This document shows positions 11,555 through 20,561 of a stretch of 64,000 bases of DNA, in pieces. The translations under genes were made by a program, and so were the position numbers. The DNA lies in contig PKEX01000001.1 of assembly GCA_002919235.1 (NCBI GenBank), forward strand, positions 5,289 through 69,288, written 5' to 3'. Under the pieces are notes generated by a model. That model saw nothing but the letters and a program-made list of their open reading frames with translations, was not told where the DNA came from and did no database searches. Every line of letters begins with the position of its first letter. Position 1 is the stretch's first letter. Source of the stretch: Clostridia bacterium (GTDB lineage Bacteria; Bacillota; Limnochordia; DTU080; RSA5).

Positions 11555-14500
11555 CTAGCCCGTGCGCGGCGCGGCGCTCCCCGGCGCCCCGCTCTCACGG
11601 ACCAGTTTCTCCAGCGCGTCCAGCTGCCCGGGGCCTGCCCGGCGCGCCTTGTGCACCAGCCGGCGCATGAGCTTCTTTCTCCGGCGGCGGTACGCCCCCT
11701 CCCCCAGGGCCCCCTGCGCCCGGGCCAGGTCCAGCCGGGCCACCTCCCGCACCTCACGGAGGAGGTCCCGGGCGCCGCCGGCGCCGCTCTCTGCCCCGGG
11801 ACCCTTCCGCTCCCACCACGCCCCGTATCCCGCCGCGGCCGCCGCGGCCAGCAGCACCGCCCCGAGGGCCAGCGACGCGCCGCGGGGGTCCCGGACGAAC
11901 CACTGCACCAGCCAGTCGCCGGGAAAGCGGTCCAGCGACCCCAGGACCGGAAGCTCGAGCACCGCCGGGTTCCAGCCGGCTACCGCCCCCGCCAGGCTCC
12001 CCGGGCGCACCGTCACCTGCCAGGTGGTCCCCGGCGAGAGCAGCCGGCTCACCTGCGTCTCCAGCGGCTGGCCCGCCACCACCTCCACCGGCCCCGGTTC
12101 CAGGTCCACCCCGCCCGCGACCAGTTCCCCGGGCACCGCCATCACCACCAGCTCCGCGGTGGGGTAGACGATCTCCTTCCGAAGCGGGTGCGGCCAGCGG
12201 GCAACGGCCACCTGGTACTGCAGGGCGTAGCGGCGCGTCTCGCCCGGCGCAAGGGGCCGCGGGTCCCGCACCACGCCGTCCGCCAGCTCCAGGGGCTGGT
12301 CCTCCCAGGTGACCGACGCGGCGCCGGCGGCCAGCGGCAGCTCCACCCCGGGGGCGGGCCCGTCCCCCGCGTTGGCCAGGGCGATCAGGTCCAGCGCCCA
12401 GAGCCGCCCGTCCTGCCACCGGAGCACCAGCGTCTCCCGGGGGACGTACACGGCGGGCTCCCCGCTCCCGGCGGGAGCGCCGGGCGCTTGAGCGGAGGCA
12501 GCCGGGCCGAGACCCACCGCCAGCGCCGCCGCGAGCACGAGGACCATCAGGCCTTTCCCGCCGGATCCGCCCCGCTGCCCCGGGGTCCCGCGCCCCCCGG
12601 CCAGCAGCCAGCGCAGCTCGGCCACGACGCGGCCCATGGCTTGCCGCTCCCGCTCCAGCTGGGCCCGGGCCTTCGGCGACAGCTCGGCGAAGAGGGCCTG
12701 GTACTCCGTGTCGGAGAGCTTTCCGGCCTGGTAGTCCAGCTCGATCTCGGCGAGGCTCGCGACCGCCCGCTCTTCCTCCAAGAGCTGGGGCGTCCGCCGG
12801 CGGGGCCACAGGGAGAACAACGCCCCCAGCACCAACAGCCCGCCGCCGGCCCAGATCAGCCAGACGCCCGGGTTGTAGTAGAACTTAAACGCCACGTAGC
12901 TGCCGAAGGGCTCCCAGCCCGCCAGCACCGCGTACAGGTCGCCTTTCCAGGTGCCGTAGATGGCCACCTGGGTGGTGGGGCCCTGGCCGGGATCGGCGGT
13001 GGGGTAAAACCGCTTGCTGGGCAGGAGGTACCCGAGAGGCCGGTTCTCCCGGTCCCGCACCAAGAGCGCCGCCTCGACGGCGGGCACGCCGCCGTGCACC
13101 GCCTCGTCGATGTGAAACAGGGTGAGCCGGTACGGGCCCACTGCCGCCTGCTGGCCCACCTCCAGCACCGCGGTGGTCTCTTCCTGGTACACCTGGGAGA
13201 GGGCGATCCCCACCACCATCATCAGGACGCCCAGGTGGACCACGTACCCCCCGTACCGGCCGGGACTGCGGTTCATCATCCGCAGCAGGGCCAGGAGCCA
13301 GAGCTCCCGGCGGCTCTTGCGCCGGACGCTCAGCCCTTTCGCAAACTCCATCAGGATGGTGACGGCCACGAACATGACCGCCGGCAGTGTGAGGAGGATG
13401 GCCAGCTCCCGCACGCCGATGACCAGGAGCCACACCGCCATGAAAATGGCGTTGAGGAGGGGCGCCGCAAACTGCCGCTTGAGGTTCTCCGCCGTCGCCT
13501 GCCGCCAGGCGATGAGAGGCCCGATCCCCATGAGGACCACCATGGCCCAAAAGAGCGGGCCCGTCACCCGTTCAAAGTAGGGCGTGCCCACCGTCACCTG
13601 GCGGCCGAAGGCCGCAGCCACCAGGGGGAAGACGGTGCCCCAGAAGATGGCAAAGCCCATGGCGAGAAAGACCACGTTGCTCGCGAGAAAGCTGGACTCC
13701 TTGGAAAGGGGCGAGACGATGGCCCGGTCGTCCGCGAGCTGGGGCCAGCGGGCGATCATGGCGTAGAGATAGGCCGCGCTGGCCACGCCCATGTAGCCGA
13801 TGAACCACGGGCTCACGTCCGACTCGACGAACGCGTGCACCGAAGTGAGGATCCCCGAGCGGGTGACAAAGGTGCCAAAGACGGTGAGCAGGTACGTGAC
13901 AAACACCAAGGCGTAGTTCCACCGCCGCAGCATCCCGCGCTTTTCTTCGATGACCCCCGAGTGGATGAAGGCGGTGGCGACGAGCCAGGGCATGAACGAG
14001 GCGTTTTCCACCGGGTCCCAGCCCCAGTAGCCGCCCCAGCCCAGCACCTCGTAGGCCCAGCGCGCCCCGTACAGGATGCCGAGGCTGAGAAACGTCCACG
14101 CCACCAGCGACCAGCGGCGGGTGATGCGGATCCACTCCCGCTCGCCGGTGACCAGCGACGAGAGCGCGTAGGCGAAAGGCACGGAAAAGCCCACGTAGCC
14201 CAGGTAGAGCATGACGGGGTGCGAGGTCATCCAGTAGCTCTGGAGAATGGGATTCATTCCCGCCCCGTCGGCGGGAGCCGGCAGCCGGTAGGCGAACGGA
14301 TCCAGAGCCCAGGCCACCATCGCCGCGAAGAACGCGGCGACGGCCGCGAGAATCCCGGCCGCGCCCCGGTGGAGAGGTTTCCCGCTCCGGGCCCGCCCGG
14401 CGATGACCAGGCCGAAGCCGGCCTGGAGCCACAGCCAGAGGATCAAGGAGCCCTCTTGCCCCGCCCACAAGGCCGTCACCTTGTACACCGGGGCCAGCGC

Positions 14501-14749
14501 CCGGCTGGACCGGCCGGCCACGTAGAGAAAGGCGAAGGCGTCCGTGAGAAAGAGTCCGATCATCAGGGCCATCGCCGCGGTGACCAGCGCCCAGCCCGCG
14601 GCGTGGAGCCGGAAAGGCCACGCCGCCGGGACGGCCCGGCCCCGGCCGGGGGCGAGCACCGGCCAGAGCCCCACCGCCGCCGCCCCGGCAAAAAGGACGG
14701 CCGCGGCCGAAAGCGCCCCGTTTCCTAAGAGTGCCACCAGCTGCTCCAT
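11555..14749 (-). CDS. ccmF: Cytochrome c heme lyase CcmF fused to a long C-terminal extension (CcmI-like helical hairpins plus an extracytoplasmic domain)
   Basis: LWAGQEGS, GMNPILQ, SHP, WGGYWGWDPVENAS (WWD), AFIHS, SVHAF and VVHLG. The frame continues several hundred residues beyond the normal CcmF end. Start taken at MEQLVALLG. Confidence 0.92.
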   Translation of the reverse strand: MEQLVALLGNGALSAAAVLFAGAAAVGLWPVLAPGRGRAVPAAWPFRLHAAGWALVTAAMALMIGLFLTDAFAFLYVAGRSSRALAPVYKVTALWAGQEGSLILWLWLQAGFGLVIAGRARSGKPLHRGAAGILAAVAAFFAAMVAWALDPFAYRLPAPADGAGMNPILQSYWMTSHPVMLYLGYVGFSVPFAYALSSLVTGEREWIRITRRWSLVAWTFLSLGILYGARWAYEVLGWGGYWGWDPVENASFMPWLVATAFIHSGVIEEKRGMLRRWNYALVFVTYLLTVFGTFVTRSGILTSVHAFVESDVSPWFIGYMGVASAAYLYAMIARWPQLADDRAIVSPLSKESSFLASNVVFLAMGFAIFWGTVFPLVAAAFGRQVTVGTPYFERVTGPLFWAMVVLMGIGPLIAWRQATAENLKRQFAAPLLNAIFMAVWLLVIGVRELAILLTLPAVMFVAVTILMEFAKGLSVRRKSRRELWLLALLRMMNRSPGRYGGYVVHLGVLMMVVGIALSQVYQEETTAVLEVGQQAAVGPYRLTLFHIDEAVHGGVPAVEAALLVRDRENRPLGYLLPSKRFYPTADPGQGPTTQVAIYGTWKGDLYAVLAGWEPFGSYVAFKFYYNPGVWLIWAGGGLLVLGALFSLWPRRRTPQLLEEERAVASLAEIELDYQAGKLSDTEYQALFAELSPKARAQLERERQAMGRVVAELRWLLAGGRGTPGQRGGSGGKGLMVLVLAAALAVGLGPAASAQAPGAPAGSGEPAVYVPRETLVLRWQDGRLWALDLIALANAGDGPAPGVELPLAAGAASVTWEDQPLELADGVVRDPRPLAPGETRRYALQYQVAVARWPHPLRKEIVYPTAELVVMAVPGELVAGGVDLEPGPVEVVAGQPLETQVSRLLSPGTTWQVTVRPGSLAGAVAGWNPAVLELPVLGSLDRFPGDWLVQWFVRDPRGASLALGAVLLAAAAAAGYGAWWERKGPGAESGAGGARDLLREVREVARLDLARAQGALGEGAYRRRRKKLMRRLVHKARRAGPGQLDALEKLVRESGAPGSAAPRTG

Positions 14750-14868
14750 GCTTTCTGCCCCGTTTCCTGCACTGAACCGTCTCAGATCCGGCGGGTCCCC
14801 GCCCCACGCAGGGCGCCGGGCAGCGAGAGCGCCCGGCCCGCTGAGCGCTAACGCCGGGCGGCAGCGTC

Positions 14869-15780
14869 TCACGAGAGGTACTCGTCGATTTGCTGGAGGA
14901 GCTCCTCCCGCTCCTGCTCGCTCGCGGGCGCGCCGGAGGGAGCCTCCCCCGAGCGGCGGGCCCGCCGGGAACGGGCCAGGAGCCGCCCCCAGGCCACCAG
15001 CCCTCCGGCCAAGGCCGCGCCGGGCAGCGCCCACACCAGCGCGGAAAAGCCCCGGGCCGGCGGGGCCATGAGGATCCACTCCCCGTACTGCTCCGCAAAG
15101 GCCGCGAGGATCTCCTCTCCCCGCATCCCGGCCAGCAGGAGCTCCCGCACCTGCTCGCGCAGCTCAAGGGAGGTGGGCGCGTCGGACTCCCAGATCGAAC
15201 GCCCTTCGCACTCCCGGCAGCGGATCATCTGCGAGACCCGCTTGAGCTGGTCCAGCAAGTCGGGACCGCCCGCCAGCATCAAGGGGATGTGGGTCGCGAG
15301 ATCGACGCGGGAGAGCTCCGCCGCCGCCGCCGAGCTCAGCGTCCCGCGGCTGGTGACGAAGTACACCCCCGGGACAAACCGCAGGCCCAGGGCCCGGGCC
15401 GCCTCGCCGGCCGGATCGAGGTAGACCGGCACATGCACCTGCCGGCCCCGCAGCGCGGCCCGCACCGCGGCCGGGGTGTCGCCCACCTGCACGGCGGCCA
15501 CCAGGGCCTGCTGGCCCAGCTCCGCCTGGAGGGCGCCCAGCAGCTCAAAGTCGTCGGCGCACGCCGTGCAGCCCGCGGAGGAAAACCGGAGCACCACCGG
15601 CCGGCCCCGCCAGCTCTCCGGCGTGACCGCCTCCCCGTCCAGGGTGTAGAGGACAAACTCCGGCAGGGGGTCGCCCACCCCTATCCCGCCGGCGACGAAC
15701 AGCCGGAGGGAAAGTGCCAAGAACAGCAAGAACAGCCCGGCGCCGGCGGCGCCGATCCAAAACGCCCTGCGTACTCTCAT
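14869..15780 (-). CDS. TlpA/CcmG-like thioredoxin domain fused to a CcmH N-terminal domain
   Basis: N-terminal TM, then a redoxin fold with GCTAC, then IRCRECEGRSIWESDA...EILAAFAEQYGEWILMAPP...LVWALP (CcmH LRCxxC pattern). Confidence 0.85.
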   Translation of the reverse strand: MRVRRAFWIGAAGAGLFLLFLALSLRLFVAGGIGVGDPLPEFVLYTLDGEAVTPESWRGRPVVLRFSSAGCTACADDFELLGALQAELGQQALVAAVQVGDTPAAVRAALRGRQVHVPVYLDPAGEAARALGLRFVPGVYFVTSRGTLSSAAAAELSRVDLATHIPLMLAGGPDLLDQLKRVSQMIRCRECEGRSIWESDAPTSLELREQVRELLLAGMRGEEILAAFAEQYGEWILMAPPARGFSALVWALPGAALAGGLVAWGRLLARSRRARRSGEAPSGAPASEQEREELLQQIDEYLS

Positions 15781-16355
15781 CAAGAGGCGCCTCCCGGCCC
15801 GCTTTCGCCCGGGCCGCCGGCGGCCTCGTCTCCGAGGAGCAGCTCCACCGCCCGGGCCAGGTGCGCCTCGGTCAGCGGCCCGATGAACCGCGCCACGGCG
15901 ATACCGTCCGCGTCCACCAGCCACGTCTCGGGGACGCCGGTCACCTGGTATACCTTGCTCACCCGCTCAAAGCGGTCCAGCAGGATGGGGTACGTCACGC
16001 CGTAGCGCTGGACGAAGGGGCGCACCAGCCCTTCGGTCTCCCTCATGTTGACGCCGAGGAGCGCGATGCGGTGGCCCCAGCGGCGCTGAAAGGCTTCCAG
16101 CGCCGGCAGCTCGTCCTTGCACTCCGGGCACCACGTGGTCCAGAAGTTGATGAGGACAGCCTTGCCCCGCAGGTCGCTCAGCGACAGCTTCCCCCCGTCC
16201 AGCGTCTCCAGGGTGAAGTCAGGCGCGGGCGCCCCCACCTCCGCCCGGGCGTCGAGGCGCTGGTGGTAGAGGAAGGCCGCGGCCAGGAAGGCCGCCAGCA
16301 CCAGGAAGGGCACGTAGCGCAGCCACGCAGCCCGCTTGCCCGCAGCGGCCTGCAC
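15780..16355 (-). CDS. Membrane-anchored thiol-disulfide oxidoreductase, TlpA/ResA/CcmG family
   Basis: APDFTL...INFWTTWCPECKDELP and GVPET. Confidence 0.93.
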   Translation of the reverse strand: MQAAAGKRAAWLRYVPFLVLAAFLAAAFLYHQRLDARAEVGAPAPDFTLETLDGGKLSLSDLRGKAVLINFWTTWCPECKDELPALEAFQRRWGHRIALLGVNMRETEGLVRPFVQRYGVTYPILLDRFERVSKVYQVTGVPETWLVDADGIAVARFIGPLTEAHLARAVELLLGDEAAGGPGESGPGGAS

Positions 16356-16358
16356 CGC

Positions 16359-16532
16359 TCACGCCTCCCCCGGGCCGCCCGCTCCGGGCGCGGCGGTCTC
16401 CTGCCGCGAGCCCAGCGCCGCCTCCAGGGCCTCGATCTGCTCCCGCAGGCGCTGGGCCTGCCGTCCCAGGCTGTAGGAGTAGGCGAAGATGCCGATCCAC
16501 ACGATGGCGTACGCGACGAAGAGATACGTCAT
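16359..16532 (-). CDS. ccmD: CcmD-family heme exporter small subunit (57 aa)
   Basis: Below the ORF-track cutoff. AGGAGG RBS, then MTYLFVAYAIVWIGIFAYSYSLGRQAQRLREQIEALE... (one TM plus a charged tail), directly after ccmC. Confidence 0.85.
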   Translation of the reverse strand: MTYLFVAYAIVWIGIFAYSYSLGRQAQRLREQIEALEAALGSRQETAAPGAGGPGEA

Positions 16533-16584
16533 CCCAGGAGCCTCCTCACGTCCAGGGCGCGCCCTCAGGGCTCACGCCGCGCGT

Positions 16585-17268
16585 TCACGGCCAGAGCAGC
16601 TGCTCTTTGAGCCGCTGCACCCGCTGCTTCAGCTCTTCCACCTCGAGGCGCCGGCCCCAGAGGTAAAGCCCCAGCAGCGTCATGGCGATCACCGAGACGA
16701 TCATGGTCAGCAGCATCGGGAAGGGCATCCCGCCGCTTTCCCGCAGCACGCTGGGATGGATTCCCCGGGGCCACAGGACGACCGAGTAGTGGATGAGCGG
16801 GATGTCCAAGAAACCCACGATGCCAAAGACCGCGGCGAACCGCTTGAGCCGCGGGCTCCCTTCCGCTCCCGCCTGGATCAAGAGGTACGCGACGTAGATA
16901 AACCACAGGATCAAGGTGGTCACAAGGCGGGGGTCCCACGTCCACCAGACGTTCCAGATGGGACGGGCCCAGAGGGAGCCCAGGATCAGCGTCAGCGAGA
17001 TGAACAGGACGCCCAGCTCCGCGGCGGTGCGGCCCGCGGCGTCCCACGCCTCGTCCTTGCGGACCAGGTAGAGCAGCCCGGAAAGCGCCACCATGGCGAT
17101 GAAGAGGTACCCGTTCCAGGCCGTGGCCACGTGGTAGTAAAAGATCCGCTGGACGTCCCCGGTGGCCTCCCGGGGCGCGTAGACGAACACCATGTAAAGC
17201 GAGACGGTGACGAGGACCAGCGCCGAAAGGCCCACCGCCTTCTGCGCCCTGACCAAAACCCGGAGCAT
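16585..17268 (-). CDS. ccmC: Heme exporter / cytochrome c biogenesis protein CcmC
   Basis: RIFYYHV, GSLWARPIWNVWWTWDPRL (WWD) and PLIHYSV...IHP. Confidence 0.93.
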   Translation of the reverse strand: MLRVLVRAQKAVGLSALVLVTVSLYMVFVYAPREATGDVQRIFYYHVATAWNGYLFIAMVALSGLLYLVRKDEAWDAAGRTAAELGVLFISLTLILGSLWARPIWNVWWTWDPRLVTTLILWFIYVAYLLIQAGAEGSPRLKRFAAVFGIVGFLDIPLIHYSVVLWPRGIHPSVLRESGGMPFPMLLTMIVSVIAMTLLGLYLWGRRLEVEELKQRVQRLKEQLLWP

Positions 17269-17272
17269 CCCC

Positions 17273-17953
17273 TCACACCTCCATCAGCGACTCGTAGAGC
17301 AGCGCCGGAACCGCGGTGAACAGCACGTCAAACACCACCAGCAGCCGCAGCCACGACCCCGTGGCCGCCGTCACCTCGCCCGTCACCCCGGCCGATACCA
17401 CCGCCGCCCCGCCCAGGATGACGGGGACCAGCAGCGGGAACAGCACCACGGGGAGCAAAAGGCCCGTCGCCCGCTCGCCCGCGGTGGCGCCGGCCAGGAG
17501 CGTGCCCAGCGCGGCAAACCCCCACGTCCCGAGGAACAGCCCGAGGATCACCAGGTGCGGCAGGGCCATCCCCCTCAGGGCAAAGGCGGCGGCAAACACC
17601 GGCACCGCCGCCGCCTCCACCACGGCCAGCAGCGCCAGGTGAAAGAGGCACTTGCCGAGGAACAGGGCGCTGCGGTCCACCGGGGCCAGCGCCGCGCCCC
17701 GCCCGCGCCCCTCCACCTCGTCGACCCGGGCCGAGCGGGCCATGCCGATGGTCCCGGCGAACAGGATGGCTGTCCAAAGCGCCCCCGGGAAAAAGCGGGC
17801 TCCTTCGGCGCTGGCGATGTCGAAAGCGAAGTGAAACACGACCGCGAGCAGCAGCGCAAAGCTGGCCGTCGCGATCAGCGTCTCAAAGCTCTTGCGCTCC
17901 AGCAGCGCGTCCTTGGCCGCCAGGGCGAGCACCGCCCTGAGATACGCCTTCAC
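17273..17953 (-). CDS. ccmB: Heme exporter permease CcmB
   Basis: KDALLE...PGALW...LFLGK...LLLPVVLFPLLVPVI; GTG start overlaps the ccmA stop. Confidence 0.88.
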   Translation of the reverse strand: MKAYLRAVLALAAKDALLERKSFETLIATASFALLLAVVFHFAFDIASAEGARFFPGALWTAILFAGTIGMARSARVDEVEGRGRGAALAPVDRSALFLGKCLFHLALLAVVEAAAVPVFAAAFALRGMALPHLVILGLFLGTWGFAALGTLLAGATAGERATGLLLPVVLFPLLVPVILGGAAVVSAGVTGEVTAATGSWLRLLVVFDVLFTAVPALLYESLMEV

Positions 17954-18660
17954 CCGCGGGCCTCCTCGGCGAAAGACGGCGTCCACTCCTCCGGCCGCCG
18001 CCCGGCGGTGGGCACGGCGCCCAGGAGCGTTCCCCGCTGCATCTCCACGACCTCGTCCACCACGTCCCATGCCCGCCGCCAGCGGTGCGTCACCCACAGG
18101 GCGGCGATGCCCCGCTCTTTCGCCTCGCGAAACAGGTTGAGAATCAAGCCCTCCCCCCGGGCATCGATCCCGGAGAGGGGCTCGTCCAACAGCAGCAGCT
18201 CCGGCCGGTGCAGCAGCGCCCGCGCCAGCGCCAGGCGCTGGATCATCCCCCGGGAAAAGCGGCTGACCGGCTCGTGGGCGTACGCCTCAAGGCCGACGGC
18301 GGCCAGCTTTTCCCGGGCTGCGGCCCGGGGCGCCGCAAGGCCGTAGAGCCGGGCGTAGAACACCAGGTTTTCCAGAGCGGTGAGTTCCCCGTAAAGGAGC
18401 GGCTCGTGCAGCACCACGCCCAGGGCCCGGCGGTAGGCCAGCGGCTTCTCCCGCACGTCGCGGCCCCGGTACCGCACCGTGCCCGTGTACGGCACCAGCG
18501 TCGCCAGGGCTTTGAGCAGCGTGGTCTTGCCCGCGCCGTTGGGCCCCACCAGCGCTTTCCACTGGCCGGGGCGCAAGGCCAGATGCGTGGGGTGGACCAG
18601 CGTCCGGCCGCCCGCCTGCACCGACAGGCCCAAGGCCTCAAGGAGAGCGCCGGCGCTCAT
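17950..18660 (-). CDS. ccmA: Heme exporter ATP-binding protein CcmA
   Basis: [24 protein letters not shown] and LLLDEP; position in the ccm operon. Confidence 0.9.
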   Translation of the reverse strand: MSAGALLEALGLSVQAGGRTLVHPTHLALRPGQWKALVGPNGAGKTTLLKALATLVPYTGTVRYRGRDVREKPLAYRRALGVVLHEPLLYGELTALENLVFYARLYGLAAPRAAAREKLAAVGLEAYAHEPVSRFSRGMIQRLALARALLHRPELLLLDEPLSGIDARGEGLILNLFREAKERGIAALWVTHRWRRAWDVVDEVVEMQRGTLLGAVPTAGRRPEEWTPSFAEEARG

Positions 18661-19112
18661 AGCCCCAGCGGGATCGACGCAGGGTGCTCGTCCGCCGCCA
18701 CTTCAAAGCGGGACGGGCAGGCCAGCATCAGGGTGTCGGCGCGGAAGACCCCGTTTTCGTCAAAGCGGCCCTCGAGGATGGCCGTGGCGTCTTCGGTGAA
18801 GTTGTCGGGGCGCGGCCCGTAATAGACCGCCGGGACCATCGCGCCGCTCTCGCCCTTCACGGCGAAGCTGAGCCGCATCTCCTTGGGCTCCCACTGGATG
18901 GTGCCCGGCACGATGTCGCCGTTCAGCCGGATCTGCCTGCCCGAGTGGGCGATCCCTTGCGCCAGGGCCTCTTCGACCGTGAAGTAGTACATCGTCGAAT
19001 CGAAGGCCGCCGTCGCGATCAGATAGGCCAGACCGGCCAGAGCCAGGAACGATGCGATCAATAGCCTCTTGGACTTCCTCACGGCGCTCGACCCCGCGAT
19101 GTGGATTTTCAT
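18657..19112 (-). CDS. ccmE: Heme chaperone CcmE, cysteine-type variant (CPSRF)
   Basis: N-terminal TM, YYFTVEE, IRLNG...PG, Y.GPRPDNF...EG....GVFRA..LMLACPSRF. An alternative GTG start lies at 19082. Confidence 0.9.
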   Translation of the reverse strand: MKIHIAGSSAVRKSKRLLIASFLALAGLAYLIATAAFDSTMYYFTVEEALAQGIAHSGRQIRLNGDIVPGTIQWEPKEMRLSFAVKGESGAMVPAVYYGPRPDNFTEDATAILEGRFDENGVFRADTLMLACPSRFEVAADEHPASIPLGL

Positions 19113-19155
19113 CGTATAAGGATAGCACAAAAGGACCAGGCGGCCTCCGCCCATT

Positions 19156-19172
19156 TGTGAAGAAAGTGTGAA
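19156..19172 (-). promoter_or_regulatory. Candidate OmpR/ResD-type binding site upstream of the ccm operon
   Basis: On the minus strand, TTCACA-ctttc-TTCACA is a direct repeat with an 11-bp period, upstream of an extended -10-like TGcTATCCT (19119-19127). Confidence 0.6.
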
Positions 19173-19341
19173 AGGTGCAGGAACTCGATGGGACGGGCGT
19201 TCCCGTCCGGCCCGGCAAGTTGACCCGCCCTGCCGCGAAAGCTACCATTTGGGTTAAGGAGCGCGCGAGCACCTCTTTTGGATGACACTTGTCCCATGTC
19301 ATTCGAAGCCCCGGCTCGTCCCCGGGGCGAGGAGGCAGGCG

Positions 19342-19857
19342 ATGTTGAAGCGCTGGCTCATCCCGCTGCTGGTGGCGGCCGCCGTCGCCGCGGCCATCTT
19401 CTGGTTCGGAAAGAGTCCCGAAGAAGGGGCTTTCCCGGGAAACCGGATGCCGTCGTTCGCCGTCATGGACCTCCAAGGCCAGCTGGTCACCGCCGACGCC
19501 TTCGGCGGCAAGCCGCTCTTCATCAACTTCTGGGCCACCTGGTGCGAGCCGTGCCGCTACGAAATGCCCGAGATCCAGGAGCTCTACGACCAGGCGGGCG
19601 GGGCCTTCGAAGTGGTCGCGGTCTCGGACGAACCCCTGCCCACGGTCCAGCGCTACCTTGACGCGTACGGCTATACGTTCCCCGTCTTCCTCGACGTCGA
19701 CCGCAGCATGAACCAGGACTTCCTGGTCCGCGCCCTTCCCACCAGCGTCTTTGTGGACGCCCGGGGAATCATCCGCGAGGTGCACGTCGGCCAGCTCACC
19801 CGGGAGCAGATGGAGGCGTACCTGGCTCGCATCGTGCCGGGCATGGGCCGGCGGTAG
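19342..19857 (+). CDS. TlpA/ResA-family thiol-disulfide oxidoreductase
   Basis: AGGAGG RBS, N-terminal TM, INFWATWCEPCRYEMP and ALPTSVF. Confidence 0.92.
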   Translation: MLKRWLIPLLVAAAVAAAIFWFGKSPEEGAFPGNRMPSFAVMDLQGQLVTADAFGGKPLFINFWATWCEPCRYEMPEIQELYDQAGGAFEVVAVSDEPLPTVQRYLDAYGYTFPVFLDVDRSMNQDFLVRALPTSVFVDARGIIREVHVGQLTREQMEAYLARIVPGMGRR

Positions 19858-19926
19858 GCCCCGCCGGGGAGCGGGCTCCCGCTCGCGGCAATATGCGGTG
19901 ACATTTTCAAGAACGGGTGATCTTCT

Positions 19927-20550
19927 ATGTCGAAGAGCCGCTCCGAAAGGAATCCGAGAGCCCGCAGCGCCGGGCCCCGGCGCAGCGCCGCCGGGAGGGC
20001 GAGGGCTTCCGGTTCCGGGCCGCGCAAGGTCTCGCCGGGCACCCTCGTCGCCTTGGCAGCCATCGTCCTCGCCGTCGCGGCGCTGCTGGTCTACAGCAGC
20101 ACGCAAAACCGCCTGCACCCGGCCCTGGCCCGGGCAGTGGAACGCTATCCTTCGGAAGGCGCAAACCACGTGCCCACCGGGCAGCGGGTCGCGTACAAGA
20201 CCGATCCGCCCAACTCGGGCCCGCACTACGCCCAGTGGGCCCCGCCCGGCTTTTACGAGCGGCCCCTCCCGGACGAGCTTCTCGTCCACAACCTGGAGCA
20301 CGGGCACATCATCATCCACTACCGTCCGGACGCCCTGACGCCCGAGATCGAGCAGAAGATCCTGGCCCTCACCCGGGCGTGGACCCACCAGTGGGCGGCG
20401 GTCCTGGCCGTGCCGCGGCCTGGGATGGAGCACCCCTTCGTCCTGGCGGCGTGGCGCCACTTGCTGCGGCTCGACGCCTACGATGACGAGCTGGTCCACC
20501 TCTTCGTCGACGCCTTCATCGGCCGCGGCCCGGAGAATCCCATCCGGTAG
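19927..20550 (+). CDS. DUF3105-like membrane-anchored protein
   Basis: One TM; NHV...Y.TDPPNSGPHY...LVHNLEHG.I.I.Y...LAAW. Confidence 0.8.
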   Translation: MSKSRSERNPRARSAGPRRSAAGRARASGSGPRKVSPGTLVALAAIVLAVAALLVYSSTQNRLHPALARAVERYPSEGANHVPTGQRVAYKTDPPNSGPHYAQWAPPGFYERPLPDELLVHNLEHGHIIIHYRPDALTPEIEQKILALTRAWTHQWAAVLAVPRPGMEHPFVLAAWRHLLRLDAYDDELVHLFVDAFIGRGPENPIR

Positions 20551-20561
20551 CGGCGAGGCCG

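Noticed and set aside
10856..14728. 1290-aa plus-strand ORF
   Set aside because: It is an antisense shadow of ccmF and the response regulator, typical of high-GC DNA, with no motifs.
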